From positions 22,754,001-22,818,000 of the forward strand of contig OZ024741.1 of assembly GCA_964016885.1 (NCBI GenBank): DNA of 64,000 nt, given 5' to 3'. This document shows, one piece after another, positions 37,406 through 51,821 of this stretch (within the stretch, counting starts at the first letter, position 1; each line of letters opens with the position of its first letter). The position numbers and the translations under genes were made by a program. The notes beneath the pieces are model-generated. The model was not told the DNA's origin. It worked only from the letters and a program-made list of their open reading frames with translations, and did no database searches. Origin of the DNA: Eledone cirrhosa (lineage: Eukaryota).

Positions 37406-40400
37406 ACTTAGACTGATGCAGTGTGAGAAAGTACAGTAAACACAAACTGAGCATACAACCATTTTACATGTATTTTGGAGGTTTCTGTTTATTTCATATA
37501 GATTAATTTTGGGGGAATATTATGGATTCTGTCTAGTCAGGGCTGCTACAATTGAACACATGCTCAAGTTGCAAGCAAGCTACAAACAGTCTTGGAATAT
37601 ATAGAAGTGGGTTAGTAAATCCATGGGGTTTGAGAAAATGATAGTCCCAAATCATGGTCAACCTTGCTGTTTGCTGAATGGTATACTATAACCATAGGTA
37701 CCAACTATATTATCACTTACAGCTTACAATAGTAGTAATATTTACACAATTTTCAAAGTAAACATGTTAAGTGCAGCTGCTCTGGGGTGTCCTGTGTATC
37801 AAAAGTAACAATTTATATCAAGGGAAAACTATACCTGTTTCTAGCTCATACCAGTTTTGATATAACTTTTTAAGTTGTTACAAATGTCTTATTGATTTTA
37901 CTTCATGGTCATCTGACCTGTCTTGTCTCAACAGGACAGCTTGTCTAACCCATGCTAGCATTAAATGGTGATGATGACTAGCTATCGATTTGGCTGCTAC
38001 CTTTCCATGGCTAGGAAAAGTCCTCTCTAGTGCAGCTTTCCAGTCTGTTGTGTTCATCATCCTGAGAAGTTCTTGTTACTTCACTTCACTCATTGACTGG
38101 TCGGTGTTCTACTTGTTTGGAAGAGGCTGGTTTATAACAAATACTAACATAGCTCACCATTTAAACCGGCTGCTCATACTGATGTCAAGATATTGTTCTC
38201 AAAATAAATAATCCCCAAATCTCATAGATTCGATATTATGTGAGGTAAAACCTTTACCATGAAAACTTTTTCACACTCATTGGTCAAATTAGTTGTCCTG
38301 TTGTGAGACAAGCCAGGTCAGATGACCATGTCTTGCTCATGCAGAACTGAGTCTGGCTCGGTTTCTATAGCTAGATGCCTTTCCTAACACCAACAAATTG
38401 AGTGTGGATTAGGTATTTTGTCACTAAGATAAGTTTTAGTTTACCTGATGATTCCCAGTTTTTGTTGTGGTTGAGCACAACTTCCTAGTTCTTACATCTT
38501 ATCACATTTAAAGGAAGCAAACCACCTCAACAATTTATATTCCCACCTACATTACACTTGACCCCCCTGAATACCAGGTTCAAACTGTCAACCTAAAGTA
38601 AAGTTTAACAAACTATTGTTGGTGTCACAATAAAACACTAGTACACTTTATTATTAAGGGCATGCGGCTATAGTGTACTTGCCAAAGAAAGGGTTGGAAC
38701 TGTTCAGTTGTATGAAAGACAACCTCCCTAATGCCATGATAAAATGTACTTGATAGAATATGGGAAGATGAGTGAGATGCAACTCCTGTCTGAAAGGTCA
38801 CTAACTTGTTCATCCTTTGATAGCTGAGAAAACATTAACCCTTTAACGTTCAAACCAACCAGAATTGTCTACCTCTTTCTGTTGTAACTGATAAGGTATT
38901 GTTCTCAAAATCTCTTGATATTACGTAAGGTAAAACCTTTACCATGAAAAAACTGTAGTATATATAGAGTAATGTAAATGGTAAAGGGTTAAATGATTTG
39001 AAATAAGATGCAGTAGACATGGAAAAGCATCATGAGTGGGTATCAAACCCACTTGATACTCGTCTTCTATATTTGTATTGAAATGTAATATTCAAGAATA
39101 ATTTAATGTAGATCCTGGCAGTACCGGTAGAGGATCGGACGCCATGCTTTACAGCAAAGAGTTACGGCCCTTTAAAGTCTGAGTTCAAATCCCACTGAGG
39201 TTAACTTTGCCTTTCATCTTTACGGGGTCAAAGTACTGGTAATTGCTGGCCTTGTGCCAAAAGTTGAAAGGATTGGTTGATTGGCAGAATCAGGCAACAT
39301 GCTGTGAGTTACGCCCCTTTACATTCTGAGTTCAAATCTTGCTGAAGTTAGCTTTGCTTTCATCTTTATGTGGTCGATAAAAAGCATTGGTAATAAACGG
39401 GTCGATTTAATCAACTTTCCTCTCCCCAAAAGTTGGTATTGTGCCTAAATGAGAAACCATTACTATACTGAAAGGACAGGATTGGCAGTACCACTGCACT
39501 CTAAGGTTAACTTTACCTGTTATTTAGGGTTGATAAAACAAATATACCAGTTCAGGGATTGGTAGAATTGTTGGGTCAGTATCTGATCCAGCAATAGTAA
39601 GACCATCTTTTACTCACTGTTTGTAATAGAAATTTATTAGAGGATGATAGAAACTTGAAAACCTTGAATATTTCAAGTAAATTAACCTAGTTTCACTGTT
39701 TCAACACCAAACCACCCCCTGATCCTCCAATATAAAACTTTATTTATTTAAAAAACCTTCCATCATAATTTTATGTAAGAATCGTTAAGCTATGATCCAA
39801 ACAATAGCTTAAAAATGAGTTATATGACTAAATTATTAGAAAGTCGCAAGCATTGTTTTTCATTAGAAATATAATTGTTTCTACTTTCGGCACAAGGCCA
39901 GCGAAAGTATTAAAGAGTTGGATTTAAACCATTGACCCTGAATAGAATGGATCTAATTTTTGCCAGGGTTGATTTTACCAACACCATTCCCAAAATGTAG
40001 TTGGAGGTTTTGTGCCTACCACATATTCCTGTGGAAGCAGAGACCTCAGGAGCAACTGTCTCCAAATAATCCAGAAGTGAGACCAACAGAGCTCATGGAT
40101 GTTATCCATCTTACACTGGGTCTTGCTGGTTGGCTTTACCCATAAAGTCTGTCTATTGATTCTTTCCATAAACATTTTAATCACATGCTTGTAGTATGGA
40201 GAAGTAGCAGCTCTACCTGGAATGACTCCATCTCTGAGCTACTTTGAGTAAACTTATGCCAAAGACTCTTTGCAATTCTAGAGTTTAGTTTTTTTACACC
40301 TACCTCCTTCTGATGACCAAGTGCTGAAGCTGGCACATTACTGCACCAGCTCCAGCAGTTCTTGTATTTAATTCAGCTCCCTGCTTTCCATCACTCATGA

Positions 40401-40559
40401 AAAACAACCCCAAGATACTTAAACTTTTCCAACTAGCTTCTTGGCAGAACATGTCGCAGGTGGAAAATAGTGATACACCACCAAATATGAGTTTTTTTTT
40501 TGAAAATGCAGAATGAGTTTATCAAATCATTGATTCAAGCTATTCCCACATATAGAAAT

Positions 40560-40880
40560 AGAGAGAGTGACGTCCAAAAAAGTATCCGCCACCTCTGGAT
40601 CCAAGCTGACAAGATGGAGAATGCACTGTGAGGGAGACGTGCTGGAACAGCCACTCTGCTTTTGGGTCCTGGCTGACAGGATGAATACTTTGTCCCAAAG
40701 GAGATTTGCTACAGGCTCTACCACAAATCTATCTTAAAGCAGCTGATACTTATACAGTTTGCTCTCTTCAACCTCGCAGGCAGCAGAACCTGGGCTGATA
40801 GTTGTGATATAAGTAGGCTCCTGATGGACAAATATGTAACCCCGAATCAAACAGTGGTAAGCTACAAAGAGCAACACTGA
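40560..40880 (-). mobile_element. CRE-like retrotransposon C-terminal remnant
   Basis: Hand translation gives GSAACEVEESKLYKYQLL*DRFVVEPVA and KAEWLFQHVSL, RLE C-terminal motifs. Confidence 0.65.
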
Positions 40881-41132
40881 AAAACTCGACGCAGTTAAGA
40901 AGCAAATAAAGGCAGCTTCTAAAAAAAAAAAAAGCCCGTGCTAGAAATCAATATTAAAAATAAACAAAAAAGGAAAATCAAATCAATGCATATACTCTTT
41001 TTTTTTTCAATTTATTTTCTATGCAAAGGTATCACGATACTCTTTTGTGAATAAAAGGGAGATAATTTAAAGTGCTATATTGTACATGAGTTATCTGTAA
41101 GGCCATTCATTGCTTCATTAGATGGCAAACTG

Positions 41133-41355
41133 AGTTTGAAACATATTACTCAATGATTTCAAATGAAAAGTAAAATTCACCACTTTCTAACAACGTACCT
41201 TATATATATATATATAAGGTACGTTGTTAGAAAGTGGTAAATTTTACTTTTCATTTGAAATCATATATAAGGTACGTTAGAAAGTGGTAAATTTTACTTT
41301 TCATTTGAAATCATTGAGTAATATTTGTTTTAAACTAAGGTCTGAATTTTATTAC

Positions 41356-41398
<43 letters not shown>

Positions 41399-41603
41399 TG
41401 TATTATGTATATATTATATTATTTTATATATATATACACATGCATTATGTATATATTATATATTATTTTATATATATATATAAAATAATATAATATAATA
41501 TATACATAATACATGTGTATATATATATATAAAATAGTATAATATATACATAATACATGTGTGTATATATATAATATATAGTAATAAAATTCAGACCTTA
41601 GTT
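41133..41603. repeat. Two adjacent long palindromes centred on (TA)n
   Basis: 41133-41336 has a duplicated right arm; 41333-41603 runs from AACTAAGGTCTGAATTTTATTAC to GTAATAAAATTCAGACCTTAGTT. Confidence 0.92.
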
Positions 41604-42869
41604 AACCTTATTTTAATAGACAAAAACGTAACAGTACAATACTTACTCCCAAAATAGCTTGAAATCATGACCAGGTTGGTTTTCATTCATTGAAAATAAA
41701 CCTACTTTAAAATGATATAATTTTCTGGTGAAATTTAAACAACTTAATGGTAGGATGAATTAAATTTAATGAAAAATAATACTAAGAAAGCTTATGTATA
41801 TGTTTATATATAGGCACATATAGAGGTAGTAAGCCATTTCTCTTGGCAAGTATGTTTATAGAGAAATTTTTACACTGGTATCTTACTGTAGAAAGTTTAC
41901 ATTTCATTCAATAAAAAGATATTCAGGACTTCGTTATTAATTTGTCCTAGGATTAGAACCAATGTGAAACTAGTGACAAACATAGTTATGATAACTAGTG
42001 ACTTGCAATGATAATTTAACTACTGATAGGTAGTAAGACAAGGCAATATTAACGTGCTAGTTTTGTTATCTACTAAATACATTCTCTTCATCAGCTAAGC
42101 CATCATCACACTTTCTTGGATGTACATAGTTCATGTAGTGAGTGAGAAATCAACTGAATACTGAATAGAAAAGCAAGATAGCGCCAGTTGGAAAAGAGGT
42201 AAAATAAGATCTTCACAATTTGGAGAAATATATTAAAAGAATACAATGAAAAAAAATAAATATGTATAAAAATGATAAAGTAACATAAGGTATCACCTTT
42301 CTTACCATAATAAAACTATGGTGTCATTCAGATCTGACAGCTGAACTTTTGTTAGTTATACTTTAAACATATAACAACATACTTTAGTAACATCAAAGTC
42401 ATTATAAATTGAGATTTTACTTCAGAGTTAAATGCTTAACTTTTATATTTAAACATGTCTGGTCGAAATGCCTGTGCATTTGACAAATATCCAAACGTTT
42501 ACTCAGACTGAAATCTGAATTTAAAATGAGTTCTTTCCTTATAAATTTCAAACTTATAAAATACATTGTATACTTTTATTAATAAATTTCATTTTAAAAA
42601 TGTATTTACAATTAAAAAAAAAAACTCATAATATTAAAAGTGAAAATACTAAACTTGAAGTTATTTGAAAAATCATTTGGAAATTATGTTAATCATGTGT
42701 AACAGAGACTTTTATATCTTACATTAAAAATAAATGGTGATCCCCCACCGAGGTTAATAATTTGATAGCTGCATTTAAAAAATAGTCACCATTTGATAAC
42801 TGGAAAAGCAATTTTTCCTTCATTTTGTTTAACATGAACACATATGCATGTGTGTATACTATACATGTG

Positions 42870-43806
42870 TACAGATATATATATACACAAACAAAAATAT
42901 ATATTTACAACTATATTTCCATGTAGATAATATGTGAGATATAAATACATGTTTTTAGATACATATATATACACACACGGTTATATGTATATATATATAT
43001 AAAATATATATTCACAACTATATTTCCATGTAGATAATATGTGAGATATAAATACATGTTTTTAGATACATATATACACTCTGTTATATGTATATATATT
43101 TATAAAATATATATTCACAACTATACATCCATGTAGATAATATGTGAGATATAAATACGTTTTTAGATACATATATACACACGGTTATATGTATATACAT
43201 ATATAAAATATATATTTACAACTATACATCCATGTAGATAATATGTGAGATATAAATACGTTTTTAGATACATATATACACACACGGTTATATGTATATA
43301 TATATATATAAAATATATATTTACAACTATACATCCATGTAGATAATATGTGAGATATAAATACATGTTTTTAGATACATATATACACTCTGTTATATGT
43401 ATATATATTTATAAAATATATATTCACAACTATACATCCATGTAGATAATATGTGAGATATAAATACGTTTTTAGATACATATATACACACGGTTATATG
43501 TATATATATTTATATAAAATATATATTTACAACTATACATCCATGTAGATAATATGTGAGATATAAATACGTTTTTAGATACATATACACACTCTGTTAT
43601 ATGTATATACATATATAAAATATATATTCACAACTATACATTCATGTAGATAATATGTGAGATATAAATACATTGCTTTAGATACATATATACACACTTT
43701 GTTATATGTATATACATATATAAAATATATATTTACAACTATACGTCCATGTAGGTAATATGTGTATATAAATACCTTGCTTTAGATACTTATACACACA
43801 CTCTGT

Positions 43807-43848
<42 letters not shown>

Positions 43849-44032
43849 CAATTATATATCCATGTAGATATGTGAGATATAAATACGTGGTTTAGATACA
43901 TATATACACACTCGGTTATATGTATATACATATATAAAATATATATTTACAACTATACATCCATGTTTTAGATATATATATACACACAGTTATATGTATG
44001 TGTGTGTGTATATATATATATACACACATATG

Positions 44033-44063
<31 letters not shown>

Positions 44064-44285
44064 ACACACGTGTAAGATATACATTCACAATTATACATCC
44101 ATGCAGATAATATAAATACATTGCTTTAGATACATATACACACACTCAGTTATATGCATATATATATATAAAATATATATTCACAACTATACATTTATGT
44201 AGATAATATGTAATATATAAATACATTGCTTTAGATACATATATTATATATATACACACACAGCTATATGTATATACATATATAC
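42870..44285. repeat. ~105-bp TA-rich minisatellite downstream of the RETREG stop codon
   Basis: Recurring ACAACTATACATCCATGTAGATAATATGTGAGATATAAATAC...TTAGATACATAT blocks separated by variable (TA)n/(CA)n. Confidence 0.9.
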
Positions 44286-44409
44286 AAGTTTTAAATACAT
44301 ATAAAGCATATATATATATATAATATCAACAGTACAATGAAATTTATCACAAGATGCTGTCCTCTGGGTGTATTATTAAAATGGATTTGACATTTGTTTA
44401 GGATATTTG

Positions 44410-44897
44410 TCAGTGATCATCAAGCTCTGTTGAATCAAGGAATTCAAAGTCATCAGCCAATTCTGTATCACTATGTTCTATATAATCCTCTAGTGTAGGC
44501 GCTGGTCGAACTTTCCGTCGTCGTTTTACTGTTGCAGTTTCGTACTCATGTGATTCATAATCTTCATCTGACATCTGTTGTTCTGAACTAGGTATCTCAG
44601 GATTTGATAAACCCTTTAAAGCCATTTTCATCATAGATCCCATTGCTTGAGCTACAATGTTTTCTGTAATATTCCGTTCAACATCTGCACTATTATTTTT
44701 CTGACATGCTCTAGCAGATCTCATATCTAAGCCAAATTCTCCTTCATCAGAATCAGAATCAAAGTGTGTTGGCACAAACTGGATTGCATCTGATGATTTG
44801 TTGTCCAACAATTCATCATCTGTGTGGTCATCAAATGATGGCATCTCTTCTCCAAGACCTTCAGCTAAATCTTGCTCTATATCAGTTTCATGTTCGT
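44410..44897 (-). CDS. FAM134/RETREG last coding exon with LIR motif
   Basis: Acidic tail ending LADDFEFLDSTELDDH*. DDFEFL (44454-44437) matches the FAM134 DDFELL LC3-interacting region. Confidence 0.92.
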
Positions 44898-45163
44898 CTA
44901 CAAAATATCACAAATTTTTAAACACATATAAATAACACATACATTTTAAACATCATCATTGGCATTACTGCCATTGTTGTTGCTGTCCTTATTGTCAGCA
45001 GTTTTAGGTACTGTTTTCAATATCTCTCACATCAGCTATAGGTTGAAAGGGAGCACCAGATGGCTGGATTTCATCAAGGAAGAACTCCAGAGGCTTAACA
45101 TCAACTTGGAGAAAACAGAGGGGTTGGCACAGGAATGCCAGCAAATGAGAGAACTGGTGGACA

Positions 45164-45371
45164 TGGTCGGCTCTATGCACGATGATGCCTCTGGATCACT
45201 GACCTAGGATGACTCCAGTCTCATTACTAGTGAACCTGGTCGGCTCTACACACGATGATGCCTCTGGATCACTGACCTAGGATGACTCCAGTCTCATTAC
45301 TAGTGAACCTGGTCGGCTCTACACACGATGATGCCTCTGGATCACTGACCTAGGATGACTCCAGTCTCATT
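45164..45371. repeat. 73-bp tandem triplication at the end of a LINE fragment
   Basis: TGGTCGGCTCTACACACGATGATGCCTCTGGATCACTGACCTAGGATGACTCCAGTCTCATTACTAGTGAACC repeated about 3 times. Confidence 0.9.
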
Positions 45372-45685
45372 GAGCAAGAGCAAGAAAAATAAGTTTTCAA
45401 TATCATGAATAGTACAATATCGTTCAACACAATCAAACCTATACATGATAGTTTATGAGGATATAGTTAGAGATATTGCAGTCAAAGTCAGGCTTTACTA
45501 ACACCAACTGCTATGATGAAGCAACAATTAATGTAATATCCACACCTAAAAGGTTCTTTTCTCATGATTTTGAGCCTTCACTGCTTTGAAAAACTGGAAC
45601 AGGAATATTTATCATGAATATAAAAACTGATCATGTGAAAGAGAGATGGATTGATAGATAGATAATGAGGGAGAGAAAGAGAGGT

Positions 45686-45834
45686 ACCCCTTCCATACAC
45701 ATGCACACATGTGTATATCATGACTCATGCACTGTTCATTTTCCTGACGTTTGTACATTACCGTATGTACTATACATACACTTTTTGATGAGTTGTAGTG
45801 CACCTGAGCACTGTACACAATATTTCATTATTAT
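45686..45834 (+). mobile_element. Third copy of the CR1-group LINE (3'UTR only)
   Basis: Matches 18733-18880. Confidence 0.88.
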
Positions 45835-47475
45835 AGATAAATAGAGAGAGAGAAAGAGAAGATATAAAAATAACGAACCAACTTTCAGTAATAAAACATT
45901 CATTGATCATGAAGTTGACTGTATTCTGATGGAAGTGTGTAATTACAGTGGGTGAAAATGTACCATCCCAAATATTAGAACACGACTGGAGAGAAATGAA
46001 GCAACCATACTCCCATTGGATATGCAATGTAAGTGTGAGAGAAAGGCAGAGCTTGGACAAGTTGAAGGAGAAACTGGGTTTAAGAGGAAACATGGGGTTT
46101 GATGTCAGGTAGGGAATCAGACAGTAGAATACTACCTCAAAAAGTCCACACTAAATACTTTCTTAACCCTTTAGCATTTAAACCTGCCATATCCGGTCAG
46201 AATTCACTCACCTCTTTCTGTTCAAACTGGCTGTAATTGGCTACTCATACAGATGTTAAGGTATTATTCTTAAAATAAATAATTGGTGATGATGTTTCTA
46301 CTTTTGGCACAAGGCTTGCAATTATCCCAGTGTATTACTGGTACTTTATTTTATCTTAAAATAAATAATATCAAAATCTCATAGATTCGATATTATGTGA
46401 AATATTATGTGAGATAAAGCCTTTACCACAAAAATACAATAGTATATATAGGGTAATGTAAATGTTAATCCTTCATATCCCCAAACTGCATCCCTCTGGC
46501 ATTCATTTCCACTCCATATCTTTCCAACAGATGTTCTAATTGGACATTACTCTGACCAACCTAGGAGGACTTGCATAGGTCATACTTCATCTCTCTCTTC
46601 ACTTAATAATTAATAATACTTTAGCTAATAAGAGAAAGTTGAGACAAATATAATAATTGCTGATTTAGACACAAGGCCAACAATTCTAAGGGAGGGAAAA
46701 ATCAATTAAATCGACCTCAGTGCATTACTGGTACTTTATTTTATCGACCTCGTAAGGATGAAAGGTAAAGTTAACCTCGGTGGGATTTGAACTCAGAACG
46801 TAAGAAAAGCCTTTGAGATTAACCCTTTTGCATTTATATTACTAGGTAGACCCAGAAAAATCTGGGACGATTTGATAAATTCCGACCTTACACACTTGCA
46901 CCTCTCTAAGACAATGTCACTGGACTGAGATCTTTGGCGCCATGCAGTAATACAGAAGACCCGCCTTGCCTATGTACAAAGCGAAACCTAGTCAGTAGGC
47001 ACCTCTTAACCAAATATACACCTCAACCTACTACCCCTACTCCATCCTCCCACTCCCACCAACACCACCCTTTCTCTATAAAGTTATGTTGGTATCACAA
47101 CATCCAGTCCAAACTAATGAGGTTGTGTAGGTGTCACGACAAAAAAAGACACAGTCCATGCTGTAATGTGGCCGTGTAGGTAACACGGTAAAAAGCTCCC
47201 AGCCCACACTGTAAATGTGGTTGGTGTTAGGAAGGGCATCCAGCCATAGAAAACCTGCCAGATAGTCCTATACGAGTGAGACATGGTCACCCGACTAATC
47301 TTGCCTCAAGTGAGACGATTCCCGTCTAACCCATGCTAGCGTGGAAGATGTGGAAGAGTGGTCAGTTATGGACAATTTAAACAGAAAGAGGTGAGAGAAT
47401 TCTAGCCAGATATAGCCGGTTTAAATGCTAAAGGGTTAAACAGACAGAAAATTAGAAAGAAACTTCCATAATTAC

Positions 47476-47679
47476 CATCACTATTTTCAATAGAATGGTT
47501 TTCAGACAGAGCTGGAGTTAGATGATCTGGTGTCCTATCACCATCACTCTCAGTTGCAGTGGTTGACAGTGCTGTCGGATCAGCTTCAGGATATAAGTCA
47601 CTTATTTTAATTTCATCAGAAGGCAATCCCACCTGCAAATTACTTTCACTTTCAGTAACGCAGGCATCACCTCTGATAG
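47476..47679 (-). CDS. FAM134/RETREG exon (acidic disordered tail)
   Basis: AIRGDACVTESE...LYPEADPTAL...ENSD; CAG acceptor and GTAATT donor; 204 nt. Confidence 0.82.
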
Positions 47680-48849
47680 CTGAAATATTAAATCAAAAGG
47701 GATTAAGATTAGTAAATGACTGAATTCAGAAATAGTTGTATTTGGAAGAAAGCTAACAATTACATGATTTAACAGAAAATATCTAAAAACAAGTTTGTTA
47801 ATTCGTATGTTTATAGTATTTTTACTGGGGGACAGATTGTTGTGAAAATTTGTAGTAAACCAAAATAAAGACTTTAATTTTTAATATGATACAGTCATAG
47901 TGCTGTTTTGTACTTTTCAAGAATGTGGTTTTATGTGATACAGGACTTTAACAGCTAGTGAACACACACAGTTGAAGAACTGTTAGTTTCATAGCTATTT
48001 TAATGTTTGTATCACTTAACAAAAAACAACTTTAAATCCCCCAATTTATCTAGCAGAAAATGAGACATGGTTCATTATCTTAATAGTAGAGATGATATTT
48101 TTAATTAGCTTAACACCTTCATGACTGCATTTCTAATTAATTTCAATTAATTAATGAAGAATTTTGAGGGATTTATTAAAATCTGGGTATTTTTACCCCA
48201 ATCACTGATGAATATTTTATTATTTGGTTGTGTTGAATATCTCAATAAAAACACTCTCAGGTTAATTTAACCAGAATGTTCTACATTCTGATAGCAAGAC
48301 AACAAAACAGCCTCTATGAAATCACTCAACCAGCTAGAAATAGCAGCCAAATAGGGTTAAATCATACCCTTCCATCTTAAAAATGATGAATACGATGGAG
48401 GATGTAGTCTTAGATACGGTCAAGAAAAAAAGATAAAATAAAAATGCTTGGTTGTACATCACTGACCCACAGATTTATGAGACTGCTTTACTCAAAATAC
48501 TTAAATTTCTTTCAGGTAAATTATCTCTCTATTCCCATCACTCCTCTCACATAGTTACTTTCATCCTTCCTCATCACATGACCTTACCATCTCATCCCAT
48601 TTCTCTTCACAACATTCATCACTGGCTCTTTTCCTCTCATCGAATCACTTTCATCCTTCCTCAACACATGACCTAACCATCTCAATCCATCCCTTCTCTT
48701 CACAGCATTCACCACTAGCTCTATTCTCATCATCCTCTGCAATTTATTGTTTGTATTCCTCTTACCCAATAGGTAATACTCATGTCCGTTCTTTCCAGCC
48801 TTCAGTTCTAAATAAGGTCTAAATGTGTCATATATCTAGAACTACTCAC

Positions 48850-48984
48850 CTCGGATAATATACCAAAAAATATTGAAGAATGACATCAAATACACAATCC
48901 AGCTGGTCACTGGTTCCATTTTCTGTTTGAATCTCTGAGGCAGACGATAATATATTACTGGTGGGCATATTAAAAAGGCTATAC
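48850..48984 (-). CDS. FAM134/RETREG exon
   Basis: GIAFLICPPVIYYRLPQRFKQKMEPVTSWIVY...; CAG acceptor and GTGAGT donor; 135 nt, phase 1 at both ends. Confidence 0.85.
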
Positions 48985-49531
48985 CTGCGATAATTAAAAG
49001 AAAATGTAAAGTTAAATGACTTTAAAGAACAGGCCAAATAGCTATATATATAATTTATATAGTTAAATGATATTTATTTCTTCCGAATGAAACAGTTCTA
49101 GTCCTGTAGAAGCCATTTCTATATTAAATATATATATATATAAACTTAATTTTAGGTTTAATCAATAAATATAGAATCATCATCATCATCATTTAACATC
49201 TATCTTCCACACTAGCATGGGTTAGACAGGTTTCTCCCATTTGAGGAAAGTTTGGTCGGGTGACCATGTCTCACTCATATAGGACTGTTTCTGGCTGGTT
49301 TTCTACAGCTGGATGCCCTTCCTAACTCTAACCACATCTACAGTATGTGCTGGGTGCTTTTTGCCGTGTTTCCTACACGACCACTTTACAGAATATGTAT
49401 CAATAATGTTTCTCAGTAAAAAGCTCAATAAATTTCTGTTCAGAGCATCAATAATATATATTTTTAATCGATACATATATGTTGTACATTGTATGTGTTA
49501 AAACAAACAAGTATAGTCAGATTATACTTAC

Positions 49532-49616
49532 CCATTATATATAATATGATGATGCCTGGTATATAGCACCCCAGTATTGCCAAGTTCATACATATATAAG
49601 TATTTGTTAAACAAAA
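49532..49616 (-). CDS. FAM134/RETREG exon (second hydrophobic hairpin)
   Basis: FCLTNTYICMNLAILGCYIPGIIILYIM matches the FC...LAxLGxYIPG pattern of FAM134; CAG acceptor and GTAAGT donor; 85 nt. Confidence 0.9.
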
Positions 49617-49772
49617 CTGAAACAAAAATATAAGAAAAGACGATAAAACTGAAGTATAATTACTGGTATGTATTACAACAGTTACTATTGAATGTTCTAT
49701 TATTTTGGTTTGGTTAAGCAGAATATTAAAATTTTTGACTGAGAGAAGTACAGTTAATCATTTAACCCTTTA

Positions 49773-50995
49773 CCATTTACATTACTCAATATATACTATT
49801 ATATTTTCATGGTAAAGGCTTTACCTCACATAATTATCTCACATAACATTTACATTACTCAATATATACTATTATATTTTCATGGTAAAGGCTTTACCTC
49901 ACATAATATCTCACATAACATTTACATTACTCAATATATACTATTATATTTTCATGGTAAAGGCTTTACCTCACATAATTATCTCACATAACATCTACAT
50001 TACTCAATATATACTATTATATTTTCATGGTAAAGGCTTTACCTCACATAATATCTCACATAACATTTACATTACTCAATATTTACTATTATATTTTCAT
50101 GGTAAAGGCTTTACCTCACATAATTATCTCACATAACATTTACATTACTCAATATTTACTATTATATTTTCATGGTAAAGGCTTTAACTCACATAACATT
50201 TACATTACTCAATATTTACTATTATATTTTCATGGTAAAGGCTTTACCTCACATAATTATCTCACATAACATTTACATTACTCAATATTTACTATTATAT
50301 TTTCATGGTAAAGGCTTTACCTCACATAATTATCTCACATAACATTTACATTACTCAATATTTACTATTATATTTTCATGGTAAAGGCTTTACCTCACAT
50401 AATATCTCACATAACATTTACATTACTCAATATTTACTATTATATTTTCATGGTAAAGGCTTTACCTCACATAATTATCTCACATAACATTTACATTACT
50501 CAATATTTACTATTATATTTTCATGGTAAAGGCTTTACCTCACATAATTATCTCACATAACATTTACATTACTCAATATTTACTATTATATTTTCATGGT
50601 AAAGGCTTTACCTCACATAATATCTCACATAACATTTACATTACTCAATATTTACTATTATATTTTCATGGTAAAGGCTTTACCTCACATAATTATCTCA
50701 CATAACATTTACATTACTCAATATTTACTATTATATTTTCATGGTAAAGGCTTTACCTCACATAATTATCTCACATAACATTTACATTACTCAATATTTA
50801 CTATTATATTTTCATGGTAAAGGCTTTACCTCACATAATATCTCACATAACATTTACATTACTCAATATTTACTATTATATTTTCATGGTAAAGGCTTTA
50901 CCTCACATAATATCTCATATAACATTTACATTACTCTATATATACTATTATATTTTCATGGTAAAGGCTTTACCTCACATAATTATCTCACATAA
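49773..50995. repeat. 72/73-bp minisatellite (~17 copies) inside a piggyBac MITE
   Basis: Unit CATTTACATTACTCAATATTTACTATTATATTTTCATGGTAAAGGCTTTACCTCACATAATTATCTCACATAA is the left subterminal part of the MITE. Confidence 0.95.
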
Positions 50996-51821
50996 TATCT
51001 GATCTATGAGATTTTGATATTTATTTTGAGAACAATACCTTAACCTCGGTATGAGGGGCTGGTTACAGCCAGTTTGAACAGAAAGAGGTGAGAGAATTCT
51101 GGCTGGATATGGCCAGTTTAAATGCTAAAGGGTTACTAATTTGTTGTACTCGGGTTTGAGTTCATCAGTCTCAAAGAGGATACAAAATTATCTCAAGTAA
51201 ATGTAAGGTTAGATTCTCAATTTAACCCTTTTGATACTAACCCAGCCAAAACTGGCACTCCTTGGTTCTAGGAAAGAAAACCACCCATTTCAAACAACCC
51301 CTATAAAAATTTATATCTTCCAATATGATATTATACAAGAACCATATGTTAAGTTATTATATTAGGAATGAAATAATTAATCATTTGAGTACATCCTTCA
51401 AAATTCTGCACTAATTAATTGAAAGAGAATATATTTCATTATAAATATAGTAAAAAAGGTTAACTACCAGAGTAATTACAGTGGAATAGTCTTACAATAT
51501 ATCATCATCATTGTCATTTTAACATCCACTTTCCCTGCAAGGATTGGACAAGTCTATATAGACCAAGTCAGTACTGAAGGCGAACCACTGATCTCCCAGG
51601 CAGGCCAGGGACCTGTGTCTCACATTCCATCGAGTGCTCAGTGTGGGCTGGGTGATTTTTATCATGACTCCTATACAACCACTTTACAGTGTGTACTGTG
51701 TATGGAAAAACATGGATGGTCAAAAAGACAGGATACAGGACAACTGTTTGTATTTATATATGTTAACTTAACATGTAATTATTCTAGTGTAAAACTTAAA
51801 ACAAAAGTTCAATGAACTCAC

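Noticed and set aside
45175-45371. Tandem C/D snoRNAs (GATGATG...CTGA)
   Set aside because: The C box is imperfect, the spacing is too short, it is antisense to the host gene, and it is explained by triplication of a LINE end.
49809-51002. Repeated MVKALPHII ORFs
   Set aside because: Artefacts of the 72/73-bp tandem repeat.
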